From positions 323,888,001 through 323,952,000 of the forward strand of contig OZ024741.1 of the NCBI GenBank assembly GCA_964016885.1: DNA of 64,000 nucleotides, given 5' to 3'. The notes beneath the pieces were generated by a model that saw only the letters and a program-made list of their open reading frames with translations, was not told the DNA's origin and did no database searches. The position numbers and the translations under genes were made by a program. This DNA comes from Eledone cirrhosa. Taxonomy: Eukaryota. Positions 56,393 through 64,000 of this stretch are shown in pieces (the stretch's first letter is position 1; the number at the start of each line of letters is the position of its first letter).

Positions 56393-57325
56393 TAAATTCA
56401 GCGAGAATCGTATTTCGGCTGGTAGAAAAAGCGAAACGAAACGCAAAATCGTAGAAATGCTGGCAAGCGCTCCAATAGTTAAGAAAACTAGAGCTAAACA
56501 ATATGTTAAAACGCCATACAAACTGAAAAGTAGTCAAGAAGGCATTAACCACCTAAGCCAAAAAACAAATCAAGCTAAACAGGTCAAACAAAATAAATGA
56601 TAAAAACAGACCTGGACCCAAGTGGAATTGATGGTAAAATCCAAATGCAGGGTTCCTCTGACACCTAAATCAATAATACTGTCTGCTTAAAACTATAAAC
56701 ATTCAGCATAAAGATCGAACAAGGAATATCACGTTATCAACGGGTATTTTTCTCTGTAACCAACTTTGTGAGTGACGCAGAACTTTGTAAAAGCACATGT
56801 GTAACTCAAAAGGGGAAATTCCCCAGATTTTGGCAAATGAATTCAGTATGTGTATATCATACAAAAAATTGCATAGATAGCACACATCGATTAAGCACTC
56901 AACCGGGTATTTTTTAAAAATAAACTTATGCAATTAATATGTCAATAGAATATATATATATATATATATTCACCGACATTATTGTGATTTACATACAGTG
57001 GAAGTTGTGCCAACACTAAGAAATACCAACAGAAAATAGGTGATACAGACACACACCCGAACATGTGATATCTCTGAGATATGTCAATACTCCTAGAAAG
57101 GGATATCAAAGTCAACTGACTGTATGTAGACAACTGATTGTAGTCAAATAATACAGAGAAACAATGTCTTGTAATTGATGTATTAGTCTCCACAGACGAT
57201 AATATATCTACCAAGAATGGAAAAACTTTTCAAATAGGAAGTTCTAAAGATAGCAATAACCCGAATGTGGATGAGGAAAACAGAAACAATACCTAAAATA
57301 ATAGATGCTTGGGAATGATAAAAAA
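55750..57325 (+). mobile_element. Further R4-like C-terminal fragments interrupted by other insertions
   Basis: HGQY, TEGFL, QDQSL, ETINQIISGYPVL. Confidence 0.5.
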
Positions 57326-57334
57326 ATCAGACAG

Positions 57335-57800
57335 GCGCATGCCCAGTGTAGGCCCATTAACTCCGGCCACCCTGACTACATTCACACACCTTTTAAGAAA
57401 TGTACTTAGAGCCAGTACTTCTCTCTCCCTCCTCAACGTACTTTCCAAGTGGAACTTGAAAAGGTTGATGAGGGCTTGGTCGAAGAGGAATATATCTGTC
57501 TTCAGTCTTTTCAGTCGCGCCCTCCATAATACCTCTTTCGCTACAGCAAACCAGATAGCCAGATAGAAGAAAACTGACTGCCCTTCCCGGTATAAAGAAG
57601 ACGGAGGGGGTATCAGTCAGCAATACCCGGACATAGGAGGGTGCTGATTGCTTCTAGGACGATGCAGGCAAATATCCAGCAGCTATTTACCTCTCATGAG
57701 ATCTCGGAAATATTGATCCTTACCGCCTTTCTTTCTAAACAAAATGGGCATAGAACACACTTATTGCTACGGCAGGGTAACTCGGAGTGTTTCACAGTCA
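57335..57800 (-). mobile_element. Tx1-like LINE 3' fragment
   Basis: Minus strand: VAKEVLWRARLKRLKTDIFL...FKFHL...REREVL...VNVVRVAGVNGP, matching the C-terminus at 7690-7890. Confidence 0.75.
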
Positions 57801-58019
57801 GAGTTTCATTCTTTCAGATCACTGAAATACCCGCAACCTATCTAGACTTCACTATGTGTTGTACGTTGACCATTATCTCCTTCAGTGCTCTTTCAACGTC
57901 TGTCTCATTTGCTGACTCTCCAACCGTTTCCTGTTTGTGGAAATGCATTTGTAAATTATCGTCTTTTTTGCGTTTCTGCTAACAAATGTTGGTGGGTGGA
58001 TGGCTTCGTCCTTTATCGG

Positions 58020-58185
58020 TGGCGGGTTGGACGCCATGCTTTCTAGCATAGTTACGTCCCTTTACAGTCTGAGTTCAAATCCCGCCGAGGTTAACTTTGC
58101 CTTTCATCCTTACGGGGTCGATAAAATAAAGTACCAGTAATGTACTGGGTAATTGCTGGCCTTGTGCCTAAAGTAGAAACAATTA
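58020..58185 (+). mobile_element. tRNA-derived SINE
   Basis: GAGTTCAAATCCCGCCGAGGTTAACTTTGCCTTTCATCC. Confidence 0.9.
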
Positions 58186-59025
58186 TTTTTCTACTTCGAT
58201 TATTTTGGCCACTTGAGACAAAGATGGTTCTTTTTCTAAAATGTTCACACAAAAAAAACACTTCCGTTCCCTTTGTTGTCGTTGATGCAAATGTATTGTT
58301 GTCATTGTCGATCATGTTGTTGTTGTTATTTGTGTTGTTACCGTCTGCGTTAATATTATTTCAGTTTTTTTGCTTCTGTTATATTTTCTGTTGTTGCAGT
58401 AGTGGCGCTGGTGGTGGTGATAGTGGTCGTGGTGTTATTGTTTTTTGCTATGTTCATTTTGTTTTGTAGTTCTTGTGATGGTGACTGTGATCCTGAAGTT
58501 TTTAAATGCGGGAAATTTGATACATAATTTTCCTGTGCAGAGAAGTTGTCTTGATGTGGCTACGTCTGCTGCTGTCATTTGTTTGTGAATTTTGACACTT
58601 CCATCTGAGGAGAGCCACGCGGATGCAAAAATCGTTGTACTCAATGTTATTTTTAAAAAAACGACAAAAAAAAACAACAAAAAAAAGAGAGGCGTGTTTG
58701 AGAAGCAAAAATAGGTTTATCCTTGATGATGATGACGATGATGGTGGTGATGATAAACAAAGCAGAAACAGAAACAGAAACAGCAGCGCAAATGTAATTA
58801 TATTTAAAACTTATGGCATAAAAACGTGATTATACCGTTCTTAGAAGATTTACAGATCAGAGAAAGGAAAAAAAAATGAAAACTCGATCATGTCTTTTCA
58901 GAAATCTTCTAATAAGACATAAACATTATCATTGATATATTGGTATGTTTGGAAACGTGCTGCCGTCATCCTTTTATAACTCTCCCTCACCTAAGCAACA
59001 TTAGCATGTATATACATGCATATAT

Positions 59026-59100
<75 letters not shown>

Positions 59101-59265
59101 AGCATCAACATGTACATATATACCATATATACACGCTTATATATATATAAACACACATAGACTCTTTACACACACACACACATATATATACCGTCATCAA
59201 CATCTACTTATATACTCATATATACACGCATATATATATATATACACACACACACATACACCCCC

Positions 59266-59351
<86 letters not shown>

Positions 59352-59769
59352 CACCAACATGGTGGCCAATAAACGTTGTTAACAGGATGTCTTTTGACAA
59401 ATTATGAAGCACGAATATAAGCACGAATATAAAAAAATGAATAAGATTAAGAGAAGGTAATGTAATTGGGTATTTGATTTCAAGTAGCAAGCATGTATGA
59501 ATGCAACACACATAAACGAAACGAAACACACATAAACTAATTCACACCATCACACACACAAACGCACACGTATACACACACAGGCGTGCGTGCTAAATCA
59601 GTCTCACTCACATGTAAATATGCAAACACGCACGCATTACAATTATTCGACGTATACTTTCATGCGGAATCTTTACTTTATACTTATCCACACACACGCA
59701 CACTCATACACTGTGTGCGTATGTATGTATGTATGTATGTATGTATGTATGTATGTATGTATGTATGTC

Positions 59770-60050
59770 AGGTCACCAGTTGGTGCTACTGGTAACATGT
59801 ATCCCAGTACAACCTGTCCCATGGTCGGGTCGTTGGCGACTAAACTGGCAACCCCACCAAGGTTTCTTGGTGAGGAGGGTGACTTTGGACATCCTGCAGG
59901 ACTAAAAACAAAACCTGTCAAAGGGCAAAGGAGCTCTTAAGAGTCAATGGCCATCCAAAATCACCGGGAGAGATGACCCCTTAGCCTTTGTCAAGGCAGA
60001 ATTCTAGGAGAAGGAAAACTCTGATATAACACCTGCAACCCTGATGGTAT
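59770..60050 (+). mobile_element. Probable RTE-type 5'UTR or SINE fragment inside (TATG)n
   Basis: CTAGGAGAAGGAAAACTCTGA and GGCAACCCCACC motifs resemble RTE 5' regions, from recall only. Confidence 0.35.
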
Positions 60051-60374
60051 CCAATGATGTTGACTTGTTCTTCTTTTTGGTAAATATCATCTTGGTTAAG
60101 AGAGTGGGACTGGCTTTGTGCAGTGCCTTTGCTCACTATAAAAGCTTCACGGCACAGGCATTGCTTTATATCTGGAGATCTCTCTGCACTTGTCGTCACA
60201 TGGTACCATGGGCCCAGCACTATGTGTCAGTAATTGTCACAAGTGTAGTGTTTGTACCAGAGTTTTCAAGTCGCTGGCTGGACTAAAAAGTCACACTCGT
60301 TCAGCGCATCGGTAGGGGTTCTCCTACATGGATATAAAGTAGTGGCCGTACTCGAAAACGAGTTGGCAGCCACC

Positions 60375-60405
60375 ATGTATGTATGTATGTATGTATGTAT
60401 GTATG

Positions 60406-60454
<49 letters not shown>

Positions 60455-60456
60455 GC

Positions 60457-60541
<85 letters not shown>

Positions 60542-60679
60542 TATATATATATATACGTATATATATATATACGTATATATATATATGCATATATACATAT
60601 ATATACGTATATATATATACGTATATATATATGTATATATATATATAATATATATATATGCATATATATATATATATAC

Positions 60680-60749
<70 letters not shown>

Positions 60750-60774
60750 GTATATATACACGTATATATATACG

Positions 60775-60808
<34 letters not shown>

Positions 60809-60910
60809 ACATATATATAATATATATATGAATATATATATAATATAATAATATATATATAAATATAATATATATATACGTATATATAAATATACATATA
60901 TGTATACGTA

Positions 60911-60975
<65 letters not shown>
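60375..60975. repeat. Long (TA)n-rich microsatellite
   Basis: Direct reading. Confidence 0.95.
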
Positions 60976-61338
60976 TTACATATGATTAGGGAAGATGGAC
61001 TGAGCACATCAGCTAATAGTATCACGTGCTCTCCAACAGCAATAACTGACAAAATATATTTTCGTTTGTGATTGCCTCAAACAGCAGGCCTTTCGGAAAT
61101 TTCTAGAAACTCTATAATATAATATTAGATATATTACAGTATGGCTGTCCATACTAAATAGATGGATACTTTCGATTATAATATAGATGTTTCTAAAAGA
61201 TTCTTTTTTTGGAAACGATCATTCTGGAAACCTTCGTAACCAAACATAATTCATAATACTAAACACAGATACAGAAAAGATCAATATACGCCTCTTCATA
61301 TAATTTATATTAGTCTGTAATTTTCTGTCGAATCGGCA

Positions 61339-61384
<46 letters not shown>

Positions 61385-61888
61385 GTTTGGAGTTGTAAGG
61401 CCAAGACAATGAAGGTATGGATATAGAATATAAATGCAAATGCAAAATATATTGTTGACAATTAGTCTTTTACCTTAAATTTATTTAAATATCCTTAATT
61501 TTCGAGATAATATCTCTTCTTCGGAGGGAAGTAAAGGGGTTAATCCAGTGTTCTAATTAGCTTGCCAAGTCATGCTGACAGGAAATGGTATAGATATTCC
61601 ATTCTATCTCTAATGTCAGAGAGTGAAGGTTAGGTGGATAAAGAGTAGTTTCCCTTTAAAAGGGGTTTTGTACATGCCTGTTTAAGTGTGTGGGAAAATA
61701 CGTGAAGGCGTAAGTATGCGTGTGTGTGTATGTGTGCGTGTGTGTGTGAGAAGATATGGCTATATGTAAATGTGGTGGCCAGATGCTCTATCATGTTAAA
61801 ACTGGTCTTTGTGTATGTATGTGTGTGTGTGAGAGATAATAAGTGGAGGTGTAAGCGTGTGTGTGTATGTGTGTATGTGTGCGTGTGC

Positions 61889-61940
<52 letters not shown>

Positions 61941-61946
<6 letters not shown>

Positions 61947-62093
61947 TAAAATAACAGATTAAAGTTTAAGCAAAGAATCGCTGCTTTCACACTTAACCGG
62001 ATCTTCTAAAAAATTTTTTAGTTTCAGAAGATCCCGTTAAGGGTGAAAGCAGCGATTCTTTGCTTAAACTTTAATCTGTTATTTTAATAAATA
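61941..62093. repeat. Hairpin with ~66-bp arms abutting (TA)n
   Basis: ATTTATTAAAATAACAG...GGATCTTCT and AGAAGATCC...CTGTTATTTTAATAAAT. Confidence 0.9.
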
Positions 62094-62187
62094 TTTACTC
62101 TACGGTTTTATATATTTGATATATATTTATCGTTATCGAGTCCTCTTTGGATTTTAGTCTTCAAATGTATTATTATTACTATATATA

Positions 62188-62450
62188 TGAAATAGGATTT
62201 CGCTTCAAGCATAGCTTTATACAATATGTATAAATATTTCGAATCTCCAAAGAAATACGGTTCTAGGAATCCGTAGCTATGCAAACACCAAGGGGCTAGC
62301 GCCCTCTGGTGATGTCCAGCAGAAGCAAGGGGGACAACCGTCTATGGAATGTCCCTCCCACCGCTTGCGACTGCTGGACTAGAAGACAGGCGAGAATATA
62401 TACTTTTCTCGTCTGTGTAAATGAGGGGATTAATCTCATTTGCATATGAA
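62188..62450 (-). mobile_element. Diverged member of the octamer-hairpin family, hammerhead absent from the tip
   Basis: Minus strand: ATGCAAAT (62445-62438), GAAAAGTATATATTCTC, stem GTCCAGCAG/CTGCTGGAC; homologous to 38610-38880. Confidence 0.65.
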
Positions 62451-62477
62451 GCTGCTTAAGTTGGCTCAACTTATAAT

Positions 62478-62556
<79 letters not shown>

Positions 62557-62560
<4 letters not shown>

Positions 62561-62718
62561 AATGAAAACTCAATACCGAAGTAGAATTTATATATTGATT
62601 TATTATGACTTGTTACCCTGGAGTCTCACCTGCCTAGTCACTGGATTATCAGGCAAGGTGAGGCTCCAGAGTAACAAGTCATAAAAAATTCTACTTCGGT
62701 ATTGAGTTTTCATTCTTA
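62557..62718. repeat. Hairpin abutting (TA)n
   Basis: TAAGAATGAAAACTCAATACCGAAGTAGAATT...AATTCTACTTCGGTATTGAGTTTTCATTCTTA. Confidence 0.9.
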
Positions 62719-63349
62719 CGCCCGTCATGTACTTTCAGGTCCTGAATAATCGACCCCCATTCCGCTTATTAATTGTTCAGTTTGCTTTCAACCCCCAGCT
62801 TATTACATTTTCCTCATCTACCTCGGAACTCTGTTCTAATCCCCCTTTCTATATTAATTAACAGCAAACACTCCCCTCTCTATATCTACTACACGGAACT
62901 CTATTACAATCCCCCACTCTATATCAATTAACACCAAACTATCCCCCTCTCTACATCTACCATACAACTCCCCCTCTCTCCGTATCTCATTCCCTCTTAC
63001 TCTAACCATCACTACCAAACTCTCCCCTCCTCTATATCTATCAATACCTATCTCTATCAATCGTCTCACTCTTTTCATTATCCCAAACTCTACCGCTCTC
63101 TACATGAACCATACAATAATCTCTCCCAATCCCCCTATCTATATCAATTACCACTTGATATAGACGTGATTTACTTTGCTCCGGATTTTTACGGATTGTT
63201 GTCAAAAAAACTGAGTTTATTGCTCAATTTAATAGCATTGTTTAGTTTAACCCCTTGCTTGGGCCGTCATACGTTGAGTCAACTAATTTTCGCCCCTTTC
63301 TGGGGCGGAATTTTCAATTTTTATCTAAAAACTGTAGACTTGGTGGCAA

Positions 63350-64000
63350 TGGATGCCATTTCCACCTCGCACACTGTCGTGAGTGCCACGCCCACTCAGA
63401 AAAGTGGTGGAGGGAAGGTAGGAGTACAAAGCTTGCAGCCTTCCCCCCTCGCATCATCGTAAAACGTGAAAAATATCGAAACCACGAAACCAAACCCGGT
63501 AAATAATACCAGCACCAACAACAAGAACAATGACAATAACACCACAACCAACAACTGCAACAATAGCAACACCAATATTACCAACAGTGACAGTAACAAA
63601 AAAGACAACAACACCAAAACAACATTCGCACAGACCGTAAAAAAAAAACGAACTATACACGCCAATAGACATAACAAATGCTAAACAACTATTACAAGAC
63701 GCAAAACAATTCGTGACTTTTGGAAAAAACGGTGCTTTTAGCATCAGTTCTCCACAGGAATTACGTAGAGAGGCTGTCCTGAAAACTGTGGTTTTCAGGA
63801 CAACATCGAACGAAACAAGAAAACCAGCTCAATTATCACAAAATGAAATTGAGCTGGTTCTAAAAGATGCAATGAAGGACTTAACCTTCATACAAAAAGG
63901 TAAACTGTTTGGTAGCATTTCGGTGCTAATGAACAACCAGTCAACAGCTCAAAAGTACTCGGTAGCACCCATTGTGTCCCCCCGCTTCACCTTTTACCCC
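63350..64000 (+). mobile_element. Probable LINE ORF1 (gag-like) 5' part, running off the window
   Basis: MDAISTS..., an Asn/Thr tract, TFAQTVK, then after a frameshift in an A-run an open frame PIDITNAKQLL...VLKTVVFR...FIQKGKLFGSISVLM...RFTFYP. Confidence 0.45.

Noticed and set aside
56415-56462. Hammerhead-like GTATTTC...GAAAC...GTA-GAAATGC
   Set aside because: The core reads CTGGTAGA and stem II does not pair, so it is too degenerate to call.
61090-61196. Imperfect hairpin with a possible ribozyme
   Set aside because: The arms pair, but no CTGANGA/GAAA arrangement is present on either strand.

Overview
AT-rich, microsatellite-saturated eukaryotic DNA. The tRNA-derived SINE family and repeat spectrum point to a cephalopod, probably Octopus (inference). 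No intact host gene is recognisable; there are two weak candidate exons. Most of the window is decayed mobile DNA: Tx1/L1-type, RTE, CRE-like and R4/Dong-like LINE remnants, hAT and hATm-like transposase remnants, Penelope-like fragments, and a RepHel Helitron followed by head-to-tail deletion derivatives. The main unexplained signal is non-coding. About a dozen type-I hammerhead ribozyme motifs can be read directly, several with intact cores, mostly in short elements sitting in (TA)n tracts. At least five belong to a family of ~440-470 bp units with a shared layout: octamer ATGCAAAT (four copies), a GAAA(A)GYATATA box 34-37 nt later, then a long hairpin, with a hammerhead at the tip in four copies. 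The units occur as a tandem dimer, a terminally redundant monomer and diverged solo copies. This looks like a retrozyme or circular-RNA retroelement family with an snRNA-type promoter. Coordinates were counted by hand, and the boundaries of decayed elements are approximate.
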